Source: Carcharhinus amblyrhynchos
Lineage: Eukaryota
Length of the DNA: 64,000 bases
Reading direction: 5' to 3'
Assembly: GCA_965287045.1 (NCBI GenBank)
Contig: OZ336873.1
Location: 106,020,001-106,084,000 of the forward strand
The position numbers and the translations under genes were made by a program. The stretch's first letter is position 1. The number at the start of each line of letters is the position of its first letter. Positions 1-13,005 of this stretch are shown here, one piece after another. Below the pieces are notes generated by a model. It was not told the origin of the DNA, searched no databases, and saw only the letters and a list, made by a program, of their open reading frames with translations.

Positions 1-1109
1 AAATGTAATAACATTTTGAATGTGTTCCAACTACAACCTAAGATGATTCAACTCTGCTAGTAAAATATTGTAAAATAATATTAAGGCATAAATGCCAAGA
101 CCAGAATAGTTCATCCATTCATACAAATTCATGGGGATGAACCTTTCAAGTGGATTCACTGTTTAATTTTTGTCTGGAGTAATTTCACCACCTTCCTTCC
201 ACCCCATCATCCTGATATTAGGGAACACTGTCCTGCTTGCCAATCCTAACTGTTAGCAAATTGGCTGAGCATTTGATGTGTTCTTTCTCCCAAAGGGAAG
301 AAATTATGGTTTGGCAGCAAACTTGTACTTGGGCTGGGTGTTGAAACTCACCAGCATAAACCCATTGCCCTGTCAGTTCGTAGGACAACATGCTGGCTAA
401 TGAATGAAACTTCTGCCTTCTCTAGCTAACATTTCAATTGGGTTCCAACTTTTTTCAAGGCTGAATGGACTAGAGAATGAGAAGTGTCCAGCAAAGTGAA
501 TCTGAGATGCAAGAATGAAACTGGAGAAAAGTGACAGAGTAGTCCATCATCTAATCCCTTTTTAATTAGCAGAAATGGGTGCTGACAAAATAACCCTTAT
601 TTGTCTACAGAGTACCATCTCCACAGGTCAGCACTGGCCTACACTTCTAATGAGGTGCAATCAAATTCCGGGTCAAGCTGTTTTTAATGTCCCTGCATGT
701 CCCAGCCTCTGTTACTCAGTAACTACATATGTCTTTGCAGGAGTTGGCACAAGTTTGAGTCTGCTTCTTTACTGCCAGGACCTGCTGAAATGATTGGTGG
801 TATCTTGATGGGCACACCCAATCAGGAAAAGATTGTTTGAGTTGAGGCCTCTTTTAAGCATAACTGGGTAGGATTGAAATGCTTCTGAAGAGTCATCAGT
901 CATGATAACTAATCAGACATTCGCATGTTTTTGATATGAGTCTGCCAGCAAAAGCTTCTGCATCTGCTGGAATGAGATAAATATGCCTCTCTCCCCTATG
1001 ATTGAGGGTGTAAAGGAGTTGTCCAGACATGGAGTGCCTGACCAACCTGATATCTCAACACTTGTTATCTTCTCGCTAATTTATCAACTTGGAGTAATTT
1101 AAAAACATT

Positions 1110-1345
1110 TTCATGGGGTATGAGTAGAACTGACAAGGCCAACATCTATTTCCCATTCCTAATTGTCCTTGAGAAAATGCTGCGGAGCTGCTGCCTTGAA
1201 CTGCTACAGTTCATGTGGTGTAGTATACAACAGTGTGATCAGTGAGAGAGGTCCAGGATTTTAATTCAGCAATGATATATTTTCAAGTGAGATTGGAACG
1301 GAAATTTGCAATGGTTATGTTCCAATGTGTGGTAGGTGGTAGACA
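1110..1345 (-). mobile_element. CR1-type LINE 3' end fragment (degenerate)
   Basis: tcatggggtatgagtagaactgacaaggccaacatctatttcccattcctaattgtccttgagaa is the reverse complement of the LINE tail also seen at 37835-37990 and 39020-39255. Confidence 0.6.
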
Positions 1346-4300
1346 CTAGATGCTTGGAACATGGAGCATCTCTCTTCACACTAATAGGATTGAGCTAATA
1401 TAATTAAGAGCAACTTGCACAATGGTTCATGAATGGTTCATGCTCTTGGCGAGACTGGAAAAATGGTGAGAGAGGCAAGACAACGACTCAGAATTGCCTT
1501 AAAACATTTACTTTAGCAAACATTTGGCATAAATAACAAGATGAGGCTGGCACAGCTCTAGCTCCCAGTTGCCAATGAAGGTCCTGCATATTATTAGATA
1601 TGAGTTTCCATCGCCAGCCCCAAATCCCAGTTCAATTGGATTGGAAATTGGCAGAAATCAAATTAATCTTATTTCAGTCCAATTTGGTGCCCAAATTTCC
1701 ACATCGCTGATGATTTTCAGGACACATCAGAGGGAAAGTGAATCTGCTCATGCTGCCTCTTCAGAACTAACTTTCTGTACTCCAGTTTTATGTCATGAAT
1801 GTAGAATATGTGATTTTCTATTGCCCAAAAACATATTTAAAATGGTAATAGGCATGTATTTTCTTACCGTTGAAGTGTGCATTGCAATTAAATAATTTAG
1901 CAGCAAGCTATTGTGAGGTTAGCCTAAGTAAAGTTTACTGTTTTCAAACATTTATTCCACATAACACTACATACAGCCAGTCTCAGGCATTCAGAAATGC
2001 ATGAAAAGTTTCAATACAAATAAAGATTGCACATATTTACATATCATAGTCACTTCAGGATCTGATCTCCCATGGGGCAGGTCAGTGCTTTCTTGAATCA
2101 ATTCAGTACTTTTAAGGCTGAAGGGAGGGTCTTGTGAAATGAAGAATCTTTAACAGGCTCTGAGAGTTATTGTAGACAAATACACCAGAAGCTTGGTTCT
2201 CTAGTGAACTTTGAATCGGGAACAGGTACTTTGGTTACGTGATGGCGTACAGCTAATGGCAGAGTTTGGTTCTTAGACTTGTTTCCCATTCGGATTAAGT
2301 GAACTACTGGGTCTGCTTTTAATCATAAAACTGTTGGATTAACTCTTCTGATGCCCATCCAGTGTGTTTTGGGTAAACAAGGCCATGGTATTATGTTGGG
2401 AAGTTGATAATATCCATTGAGTTTTGATTTCCCTTTTTTCCAGTATAAATCATGGAAACTCCATAGTTATCAGATGGTGATCCACGCTTGAACAATGAGA
2501 TGTATGAATTCCATAGATGGCTGTGAGATACATCTACCTATATACATATTTAATTAGATATTGACCAAAGTCCTGGAGTCCAAATCCGGAAAGTCAACTA
2601 ATTTGTGGCAGTCATCTTATTAACGTTTGTGTTCAATGTTTGGAAGCATTGAATGTAAGTTCATAACAGGATGTGTTGTTTAAGATAGAAAACATTTCCC
2701 ATTATACAAAATAGCATTACAAATGTATTAATTAAGCAGTAGTGACTATCAATTCACCTATAAAACCTTTGCAAAAACTCCCATGGGGTGAACAAGATAA
2801 CTAGCAAATATTATTTTTCCAGACAGACTGTTTTTCAAGACATAGTCAAAGTCAACTGTTTACATGCCTTTTTCTCACTCCCTTATAGAATCTGGGCGAG
2901 TGTTACCAGGTAACAGGCCAGGAATAACCTAGGGTTGGAAGTAATTGGATGACCAGACAATGTTCAAATAGGACTGAGCCAAGAAAGAATGAAAGAAAGC
3001 TCTGGAGGCATGGGATATTTCTCCAATTGAACTTGGCCTAAATAGCCTGCACTACCATTAGCAAAAAAGTACTTTAAAAATTCATGGGATATGAGAAACC
3101 AAAAGTAAAATTATTTTAAAAAATCTCCAAATCTACTTTTCACAATATCCTGACTGCAACAAGAGATAAGAGATAAATCACAAGCTTCCCTCCCTATATG
3201 GTTGTCTGGTCTGCTTGGAAAATAATGCCAGCTTCAAATTAGAGGGAAAAGAATGTGTAATATACCAAAATACTGTTTCAGTCCCAAGCCCTAGACAGCA
3301 AAGTGAAACAGGGCCAGATGCTCATGAAAGAGAGAATGGAGGTGATCAAATCTGATATTTTAAACAAATCTTATCATTGCTTCTTAAGTGGGACACCATC
3401 TTTGACTCCATAGCTGAAAATATTCAAAAGGAGTAGAATTTCTGCTTTGGACATTTTGTTGATTTTCTATCAAAACATCAGTGGAACGTCCATGGAAACA
3501 TTAATTTTATGGTGGATGATCAGGAAAAACTCTTGTGGAATTCCTGTCTCATGAGTCACGGTAACATTTGCTCATATTGGATTCCCTGTAACTTGTTCGT
3601 TACATCAGGTAAATTCACTGAGCCTTGGGTGCTGTGCTCAATGTTTTAGTTGGAGAATCAGCATTTCAGCAAATTCCAAATTCCACATAGGTGAGAGATG
3701 GGGGAATTAATTGTGACTTCGGGTAAACTGACAGAATAGGTTTCTCGCATGTCTTGCCATTTTTAACTGCAGCGTAACTCTTTTTTTTTCTCTGTTGGGT
3801 TCTTGGGTATGGATAGCCAGTTTGACAGGCTTCAGGCTTTTTGAGTGGGAAGGCTCAACAAAGCTGCGGCTGATGTAAATGACAGAAGAGAGATTGAGAT
3901 TTTGGGGGACAGGAGAGAATCAGTATTTGGAAGGGACAGAGGGGTCCTGATTGCACATGATTAGGGTGAGACTGGTGGGGTATTCAAAATATTGGTCAGG
4001 AGAAGGTATGGCGTTTGACTAGATCATATAAGGGGCTGCAGGAATTGGTGGCAGGCATTGTTAGGTAAACTGTTGGGGTCTGGAATAAGCACTCTTGCTC
4101 TGCCCGGCCCACAAGCAATGCTGAAAAGGATCCTTCTCCCTTCCCTGCATAGGTCACTCATTATAAACCATATCCTTTTTCAGTGACCCTCAAAAACATC
4201 TCATAAAGCTGCCCACAACCAACAACAGGTTTTTTTTTGTTTGATTGAAAGGTAACTGCTTGCCAAGCTTCCTTCCTTTTCTTCACAAAACGTGGAAAGA

Positions 4301-4715
4301 TCTTCAATATCCATGTGATCCAAAGAATCGGGAGATGTGAGCATTAGTTCGGCATTTACTTTGAAGTTCACATCAAGAGTTGGCCTCCTGACTCAGTACA
4401 AGTTATTTTTGAAAACAGTTTTGCAACTTGGCAAGACCATTCAATTGGTTCTTATTAATGTCAGCACAAAACAACTTTACACCAACCTTGAGATACCTAA
4501 TAGTTTTTGAATTTGTGAATTAATGCATTGCCTATTCAAGTCAGCACACATCACACTACGAAAAGAGATTTATAGCAGATATAATCTAAAAGTCAATTTC
4601 TTCTGACATGTGAACAGATTAAATTAGCTGATCTGTTTGTGCTTTTGGCCAGTAATTGGAGAATAATGTGTATTGGAGAAATGAAGATTTATTTATCATA
4701 TTCATATACTATGCA

Positions 4716-5052
4716 GGGCGGCATGATTGCACAGTGGTTAGCACTGCTGCCTCCCAGCGCCAGGAACCCAGGTTCAATTGCTGGCATGGGATAGCGATCC
4801 ATATCAGGAATTGAACCTGGGTTCCTGGCGCTGTCTGTGTGGCGTTTGCATGTTCTCCCCGTGTCTGCATGGGTTTCCTCCTTGTGCTACAGTTTCCTCC
4901 CTCAATCTGAAAGATGTGCTGATTAGTGCATTGACCATGCTAAATTCTCCCACAATGTACCCGAACAGGCACTAATGTGGCAGCTTGGGGATTTTCACAG
5001 TAACTTCATTGAAGTATTATGTAAACCTACTAGTCACTAGTAAATAAACTTT
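4716..5052 (+). mobile_element. HE1/V-SINE-like tRNA-derived SINE, tail type B, with internal inverted duplication
   Basis: Head gggcggcatgattgcacagtggttagcactgctgcctc (A box) and ggttcaattg (B box); V-domain tgtggcgtttgcatgttctccccgtgtctgcatgggtttcctc; tail ggattttcacagtaacttcattg...aaataaacttt. Confidence 0.9.
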
Positions 5053-5164
5053 AGCCTAACTTTATACTCTACTTCTACATAAGAATCAGAAACGTACTTA
5101 TAGAGAAATGGAATCTGGATCTTCCTTGGTGTTTCTCCTACTCTTCCAGTGCAACTTTAGTGGG

Positions 5165-5825
5165 CAGGGTACAAAGGAGATTTACTAAAATGGTAAGGAG
5201 GATGCAGGATCTCAGTTAAGCAGAGAGACTAAAAAAAGGTGGGATTATTCTTTTTTTGAGAAGAGCAGGTTAAGGAGAGATTTTTTTCAAGTGTTTTGAT
5301 AAAGTAAGTAAGATTAACTTATATAATAAAATAAAATTTGGCATAACTATAAGGTTCATGGTGGGAGATATAGGAGGGATGTCCAAGGCAGATTCTTTAC
5401 TCCGAGAGTGGTTGGGGTGTGGAATAGACTGCCTGCTGTGATAGTGGAGTTGGACACTTTAGGAACTTTCAAGCAGTTATTGGATAGGCACATGGAGTAC
5501 TCCAGAATTATAGGGAGGGGATAGCTTGATCTTGGGATTGGACATAGCTCAGCACCACATTGAGGGCTGCAGGGCCTGTGATGTGCTGTAATGTTTCTAT
5601 GTTTCTATTAACAATTTTCAGTTGTATAATTCACTATTACTGAAGACACAAGTTGAAGACATATGGTGAAAGAACCAGAGATGACATGAGGAAAGATGGG
5701 AAGTTGAAACATTTGCAGGACTAGAGGGAAAGAACAGGGACGATGGATTACTTTCCTAAAGAGGTAATGCAAGAACGATGGATTAACAATCGCCTTGTGT
5801 GCTGCAGCTGGCTATGATTCTAGGA
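5165..5825 (+). mobile_element. CR1 LINE 3' fragments (a younger piece at about 5340-5608 inside an older one)
   Basis: gggtacaaaggagatttactaaaatgg; ttctttactccgagagtggttggggtgtggaatagactgcc (FFTxRVVxxWNxLP motif); (ttctatg) tails at about 5595-5608 and 5815. Confidence 0.75.
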
Positions 5826-5909
5826 TTTCCCTTACTACACACACTTCACACTACACTTGTGTAAAACCCTAATGAGGCTACTTCATGAGCAATGGGCACA
5901 TTTGAATTT

Positions 5910-6715
5910 TGCACATCAGGAAAGATATATAGCCTTGAAAGTGTGGTATGGTGTAGATTCAGCAGAATGATAAATGGAGCTAAAATGATTCAATTAGGAG
6001 GGCAGATTGCATAGGGTAGATCCCTTATTGAAGATTAAGAGGGTGGTGGCAGCACGTCTCCAATGATCAGTGGCAGCAAGTCTCCGATAATCATGTGACC
6101 TGTTCTGCTAATTGGGCTGGAGTGTTCAAATCCTGGAACTGAGGGTGAGTTTGCTTGCCAGTTGGGATTCTGGAGTCGTAGAGTACAGTAAACTTTATAT
6201 CAGTCTCTGTACATAGTTACTGACCTTAATAGACCACTCATTCATTAATCTACTTGGCGGTTACCGTCCTTGTAAGGTACTAGAAATGGTGAACCAGTTG
6301 CGAAGTTTAAAAATGATTAGTGGATTAATAGGGTAAATAGAGAGAAACTGTACCTTGTGGTGAACGAAACTAGACTCTTAAAATTGGGACTAGGTCATTA
6401 ACAGGTGATGCAGAGAGCGCTTCTTCACACAAAGGTGGTGGAAATCTGGAGCTGCCTTCCACATGAAATCCCAACAATTGCTCTGGCCTTGTGCAATACC
6501 CTTCAAACACCTATTTCACATCTCATTCTAATTCTCTGGGCGACTGATAAAGCCACATTGACATTTTCAGTGCTATTGACGTTGGATTAATTGAAAGTTT
6601 CAAATCCAAAACTGATAGATTATTTTTGGTAAGAGTATTAAGGCATATTGAACCAAGGCTGCTAAAGGGAGTCAGCCATAAGTTATTTGAATGTTGGAGC
6701 AGCCAAGAGTAACAG
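5910..6715 (+). mobile_element. CR1 LINE 3' fragment interrupted by unrelated sequence
   Basis: ttcttcacacaaaggtggtggaaatctggagctgccttcc (FFTQRVVEIWxxLP-like); gatagattatttttggtaagagtattaagg in the 3' region. Confidence 0.6.
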
Positions 6716-8659
6716 CAGAGCATACAATTATACTGATGGTCTTAGAAAAATTAATAAAAGAAATGAAAGTTAAAAAATATTTAAACTACCTTTACGGCCT
6801 ATCTTATATTTGTGTAACTTCAACAGACTGCTGTTTAATTTGTTAAAATAAATGTTTGATTGTGTTTTTAATTTCAGTTTAACATGAGTATATAATTACA
6901 TAAGTCTGTCTGCATGTATACATTTATTTTATATATATATATGTATTATGTATAAAAGGAAACAGACCAGTCAATTGCTTCACTGTAGCCATAAAATTAA
7001 CCACCCTGATTACACGATGAACAGAATGTGACAGACACTTTACTGTTAGAATTTTCAGATTAGCACTAACTTTAATGTGGCTTTAGCTGAAAGCAGTCAC
7101 CTAAAGGATTAGAGTGGGATGCTAAATAGATATGTCAAGGGCAGGACCAGAGAAATTGCTGGAATTTCACGGCTCAGCATTGCGGCTTATAGTTGCAGGA
7201 GGATGTAAATACATTTTCTTCTAGATGAGGCAGAACTAACAAAGGTGATCTTGTCAGAATTGACAGACATGTTTACATGAGGGAAACACAATGAGAGAGG
7301 ATTTTTTTGAACACTTGGTGGAAATTTGAAGATGTGTATTTTCAGTGAGTGGAGATGGATGAGGAAATTGATCAGGTCACTGATCCCTCAGAAAGCAGGC
7401 AGGAGAGAACATGACTTTCTGTCATTTGGGAGGATTTAAAGGCTTTAAACTGACTGTCTTGATCAAGCCATGTTGGCCAAGTGTTACTGAAACAAGCTGC
7501 GTTATTCAGTTATGGATCCTGTGCTGCTATGCAGCAAGCTGTTTGATATTTGGCTTGCCCCCGTCAAATCGAAAAATTCAACCAGGCTCGGTTGCAGGGT
7601 GGTTAATTCGTTTGCTGAGAGGGGGATGAGATTTAGTGAAGACAAAGATGTAAGTCTAGATGGCAACCCATCTGCCCTACTTGTGCTGAAATACCATCAT
7701 TTTATACAAGTTAGGCGTCTGGATTTGTATGGGGTTTCATGGCAGACAAGTAAGGACACAGCAAAAGAATGATCACCGATATGTTTTTTCATTAAATATA
7801 AATGGGGGACACACATTTCTTTTTGTAATTAATACCCAGGTCTATAACACTGCATTCTGAGAGATTGCAATTCCCAAGCCAAGTCATATGCATATTTTAT
7901 TTGAAACTTGTAAAATTATATTGCAATTTAGGGCCCCTGCTTTTCAGCACATTCAAAACTGGCACAAGTGGGAATTAATTGATACACTGATAGGTTTGGT
8001 TGGAGTTGGGTGGGAAGAGATCTGCATGGAGCATAAACATCAGCATAGACCTATCATCCTGTATCCTTCTGTGCTTCACATTATAGGTAAATGCATATCA
8101 ATAATTCTCAAACTTTTTTGCTCTAAAGGGCTCTTTTTAAATTGTTTGGTAATCAAGGATCACCCACCCCCCTCCATTAAAATTACAATACTACATAATA
8201 CTGACAGTGCATAATATTGCAGATAAAGGGAACTCAAACAATACTTTTAGCAAAATATGTATTTTCTTTCAAATATGAGAGAGATAGGAATGCCTGTTTC
8301 TCCCATATGGACTCTGTCTATCTTTAATGTGATGTTTGGAAAGCTCTTCTTGTTATTTGTGGCTTTAGGACATCACAATTTTAATGTCAACTACCCGAAC
8401 CAATCTAATTTTCTGTTGGAGAGCAATAGGAACTCAAAACTTGAGGCGGGCATAAAATGTTATTATGTGCTCCTTGGTTTGGTTAAGATTTCCACGGTTT
8501 GAGCCAGCTGAGGCTTCGTGGTGTAATTTCCATATTAGGTGCGCCACATCGACCACGTCCAGTCCGTATTCTGTTGAGGGTTGTCCACATGCTCTAGAGG
8601 AGATTGAATCCTTGGCTGTTGAGATGCTGGGTCAGCGACATTGGCTCAGAACCTCCTGA

Positions 8660-9060
8660 ACATACTCCTCAAGATGCAGACCCCCTCAGAGGTCCCAATA
8701 CACTGACTATGTGGGAATTGTCCATGATGCTTTGACATCTGATGGATAGATGTCCTCTATCCAAAACTCTCTGAAAAGTCTCCATCTCTTGAACTAGAGT
8801 TGGAGGTTTTGAAGGGTTCCAACTTTCTTACCTAGATATTTACCCAGGAAATGTTAGAAAGAAATTAAGTTCTAACTGCTGGGTAAGTATACATAATTGC
8901 TCACAGATTGTCATTGCCGCCCTATCCCCGCCAACCCCTGACTCTGAGAACCTTGCCCAGCCCAATCTGACCTACCTTCCCCTTGACCCTCCAACTACCT
9001 CCAGCCTTCCAACCACCTGTCCCCACACTGCCCATCAACTCACCCCTTTACTGTCTGACA
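8660..9060 (+). repeat. Interspersed repeat with ttacccag/ctgggtaa hairpin and C-rich tract; paralogue of 43981-44693
   Basis: Colinear similarity to the reverse complement of 44440-44680 (ggaattgtccat, ttacccaggaaa...ctgggtaa). Confidence 0.55.
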
Positions 9061-9180
9061 CTCACATGAAATAAATGCTGGATTCTGATGTGCAAATTAT
9101 GGTTCTCATCTAAAATGTCTTCATTTTATGAAATGTTTCTGTGTGATCATTGTTTCTATTGAAATATTTCCAGACGTTAA

Positions 9181-9900
9181 GGGTGGAATTCTCCAAATCA
9201 GCCTGCAATGGGTTTGTCAGCAGGTGTGGAGAATCTGGCGGGAGCCAAGAAGTCAGAAACGTGTCGGTGTAAAATCATGTTGTAGTTCTCCCAGTGGCAG
9301 GTTGGCCTTCCCGCTGGCTGGTGGTGTGAATGCCATTTGCATTCATTTGCACCTCATGAATGCTCATTAAGAAAGCTGCCTGCTGACATCCTGTCAGGCT
9401 TCCCAATCTTGTGTCACACCAGTGTGAAATTACATTGGTCTAAAATTCAATTGCTAATGAGTGGTGAGCACAGGGTGGTCCTCAGAGTTCCTAAGAGATC
9501 CAGAGTGAGTGCAACAACTTTCTGCCATAGTGCAGCACTGCTCCTGATGCTCTGTACACCACTCTGCCATGGCAGACATGGCAAGGAGCCCTCCATCTCC
9601 ATGTCAAGCTGGTCTTCATGTGCAGCACTGTGCTACAGGACCATGGAGCCTCCTGTGTCACCATCTCAGATCAGTACTGCACCTGGGGTTGCAAAATACA
9701 GAGGTCTCCTTCCCCTTGCCACACACCAGTGTCTGTCTGCACAGTCCTGTGCAGTAGGACTTGTGCTACCATCACAAAGATCCAAATTTCCATCAGGAGG
9801 TGGAGTGCAAGTTAAGGCCGGGGGAAGGTGGTGAGGGTCTCCTAACAAAGGCAAAGGCGGGCAAATTGGAAGGAGGGCTATACAATTGTGGGGAAGGGGA
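9181..9900 (+). mobile_element. GC-rich non-autonomous DNA transposon remnant (PIF/Harbinger-like terminus)
   Basis: Begins gggtggaattctcc, similar to the TIRs of other elements in the window; contains an atttgcattcatttgcac motif. Confidence 0.45.
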
Positions 9901-10065
9901 GGGCGAGGGATCATTCATGCAGAGAGGCATGAATTCCTTTCCTACAGCACCTTTCTATGGAAGAGTAGAAGACGCAAATCTTGTCCTTTACTTCCTCTCC
10001 CCTTCCCATCCCAGCCTCTAACTATTCCTTCCTGGTAAAACAGCAATTTACATTTAATATTTCAA

Positions 10066-10780
10066 TTTATTTGATTTGATTTATTATTGTCACGTGTCAG
10101 TATGCAGTGAAAAGTATGGTTTCTCGCATGCTAGACAGACAAAGCATACTGTTCATAGGATATAGAGAAAGATCAACTTAGTGTGAGGTCGGTCCATTCA
10201 AAAGTCTGATGGCAACAGGGAAGAAGCTGTTCTTGAGTCAGTTGGTATGTGACCTCACACGCTTTTGTATCTTTTTCCCGATGGAAGAATGTGGAAGAGA
10301 GTTTGTCCAGACTGTGTGGGGTCTTTAATTATGGTGGATGCTTTTCCAAGGAAGCGTGAAGTATAGACAGTGTCCATGAATGGGAGGCTGGGTTGGGTGA
10401 TCGACTGGGCTTCATTCATAACCCTTTGTAGTTTATTGCGGTTCTAGACAAGAGTGGGAGCCACACCAACCTGTGATATAATAGAAATAATGCTTTCTAT
10501 GGTGCATCTGTAAAAGTTTGTGAGAGTCGTAGTGGACATGCCAAATTTCCTTAGTCTTCTAAAAAAGTAGAGACGTTAATGGATTTGCTTAATTATAGTG
10601 TCAGCATGTTGGGACAGGTTGTTGGTGATTCGCAAAACCTAAAAACTTGAAGCTCTCGACCATTTCTACTTCATCCCCATTGATGTGGACAGGAGCTTGT
10701 TCTCCTCTATGTTTCCTGAAGCCAATGGCTGTCTCTCTCATTTTTTTGACATTGAGGGAGAGATTATTGTTGTTGCACCA
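10066..10780 (-). mobile_element. Rex1/Babar-type LINE, 3' part of RT ORF2 plus (atcaa)n tail
   Basis: Minus-strand translation WCNNNNLSLNVKKMRETAIGFRKHRGEQAPVHINGDEVEMVESFKFLG matches the C-terminal RT region of this clade; tail tttatttgatttgatttattattgtcac. Confidence 0.8.
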
Positions 10781-11302
10781 GGATAAAGATGTATAATGGA
10801 AGTCAGAAGCAAGAAATGGTGAGGAAAGCTGGACCCTGACAAAACTGCATGAAATGCTCACAAACCAGTGGGTCATTGTTTACTGAAAGTGGATGCGTGG
10901 ACCCTCCAGATATGGTTGGTTGAGGTCCAATTGGAGCATCGCCATCTCGCAGGTGTTGGATTCAGTAGAAGGGTGGTTGAATCAAGGAAAAGACTTCCTC
11001 TTGTGACTGTTGGCCCTTCCCTGCAGGATTGCTGACATCCTGCATGGTCTGGTGAAGACACAGGGGCTGGAGTCAGTGATATGAGTGTGCTTGACTAGTG
11101 TTTTAACATAACACCCAAACCTTCAAACTCATAGCTGAAGGTGAGCAGGCAAATGAGCTGCTGGCCTGCCAGGAGCTGTAGAGGGAATTTGCCTGTGCAT
11201 AATTGTCTTCCAAGTGCAGAATCTGACATGGGATCCCTATTCTGTTCCAGTCAGCAGGGCAGGCATTGCACTTAGTCTCAGTCAAGGAGAATTCCGCTCT
11301 GA

Positions 11303-11389
11303 GAATATAAAAACAAAAGAGGCTGAAAAATTTCAGCCCTTACTGCAGCATCCGTGGAGAAAGAAACAGATTTAACATTTTGACTCCAT
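11303..11389 (-). mobile_element. Penelope-like family P2 terminal repeat, left (inverted) arm
   Basis: Reverse complement reads ...aaatgttaaatctgtttctttctccacggatgctgc...tttcagcctcttttgtttttat, matching 62400-62470 and 12437-12550. Confidence 0.7.
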
Positions 11390-12410
11390 GGGGTCGACTC
11401 TCCCCAAAAAATTCTAAGTGCCGAATTTGCATAAAACTGGAGTAAATCCTGCTGGTTTTTTTTTTCAGCAGGAATTTCAAATTGAATCTCCCACACTCAG
11501 AGTGCCCTAATGTGAACTTCGTGAACAATCTGTGGCCGGGGTTTATTCCCGTTGGAGAGGCCCGCAGCGCAGCACTGAGCGGGCTACTGCGCATATGCCG
11601 ATCAGTTAGCACTGCGTTTGGTGCATGCGCAGTAGACCGCTGTGCTGGCCTCTTGCACAGCAAACCCCCCATTGCTGGCCATATGACCACCCCGTGACTC
11701 AATTGCTAGTCACCTGAACATGTCCGGGCCAACCTTGATCTCTTTCCCACCCCACACCCCCTACCCTGGTAGTCCCGATTTGCACACCTCCCCATCCCAC
11801 CTCGATGCACAGCCTCAATCACTAGCCTCCCTCCCTCTGCCACTGACCCCTCTGCAGAGTGGCAGCAGGACCCCCCATGTCTACCAATCGCCACGAGCCC
11901 CCGTCCCCTTGATTCTACCTGATGCCTGGTGGGCAGGTCAAGATGCCATCTGGGCATTGCCACTTTTGTCCCTTAGTGGTGCCAAGGGCTCAGGCTGGCA
12001 CTGCCAGGCTGGCAGCTCCCGGGAGTACTCCTAACCGCCCCCCAGCCCCACCGCCCCACCCCGCCCAAACCTCGATGGCCCCCTTTCATTCCAGCAGGGT
12101 TGGGCCGCTTGCTCCCAGTGCTGGGGAGCTCTTGTTAACTCCGCTGGAGTGAAATACTGCTGGTGGGGACAGAAATTCTAGCAGGCACGGAGACCCGGGC
12201 CTGCTAATTCAATGCAAATCATATTATAATTCTCATTTATTAAACAGCTCCGCACCGATTTCTGGCATAGAGCTGACGGCGCCGGAAATCCAGTTGACAG
12301 AGATTAATAAAGGCTGTGGCACCCGGCAGGAAGCTCGCAAAACAGCCCTCGCTTGAGTCTCCCAGCCCACTATGCTGCTTTTGCTGTGCAGCAGTCTGGG
12401 AGAATCGCCC
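11390..12410 (+). mobile_element. About 1-kb GC-rich non-autonomous TIR DNA transposon (PIF/Harbinger-like)
   Basis: Ends ggggtcgactctccc and gggagaatcgccc form imperfect TIRs; GC/CpG-rich interior with hairpin ctactgcgcat...atgcgcagtag; related to 58317-59140. Confidence 0.7.
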
Positions 12411-12414
12411 ACCA

Positions 12415-12550
12415 TATGATTGAAGACGAGGGCTTGAAATATTAACTCTCTTTCTCTCGCCACAGATGCCACCAGACCTACTGAGTTTTTCCAGCATTTT
12501 GTGTTTTTATTTCAATTTTCTAGCTACCACGGTGTTTTGCTTTTATTTTA
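12415..12550 (+). mobile_element. Penelope-like family P2 terminal repeat, right arm
   Basis: gaaatattaactctctttctctcgccacagatgccaccagacctactgagtttttccagcattttgtgtttttatttc...ttttgcttttatttt. Confidence 0.75.
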
Positions 12551-12929
12551 GTCAGAAATTAAGGACCAAGATGAATTACATTTCAAACTTCTAGTCGCAG
12601 TAACATCTTATGGATGGCCCCCCTCATGTTTCAGTAGTTGGTAAAGGTTGTATTTAGACCTGAGCCTTCGAATGGAAAACCTGAGCCCTAGAGTAGATGA
12701 AGCCCGGGCTCAATCTCTATGTGATGAGCTTGCCACTCTCAGTCTGGCCAATAATTATCTTTTAATCCCTGGGCTAGGGAGGACAGAAGTCATATGCAGA
12801 ACTCTGTTGGTTGAGTACAGATTTAGTGTGACATGATGGTTAAGTCATCTGTTTCACCTAGACTTACAGGTGAAGTTCGTAACATTCTGCACCATCTCCT
12901 TTCCTTCTCCCCTATAACTGGTAGCTTTG

Positions 12930-13005
12930 TCAGTATAGAGTGCAAGAACCAATACTTTTGACTATATCCCAATATATGTGATAGTAAAAATCAAATCAAA
13001 TCAAA
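12930..13005 (+). mobile_element. Short 3' tail of the Rex1/Babar-type LINE
   Basis: aatacttttgactatatcccaatatatgtgatagtaaaaatcaaatcaaatcaaa mirrors the tail at 10066-10130. Confidence 0.55.

Noticed and set aside
6046-6093. 24-bp tandem duplication gtggcagca(c/a)gtctcc...atca (similar small duplications at 1421-1442 and 41011-41044)
   Set aside because: Ordinary slippage-type duplications with no further structure
11560-12400. CpG-rich stretch as a promoter CpG island
   Set aside because: Lies wholly inside a TIR-bounded transposon with a relative at 58317-59140
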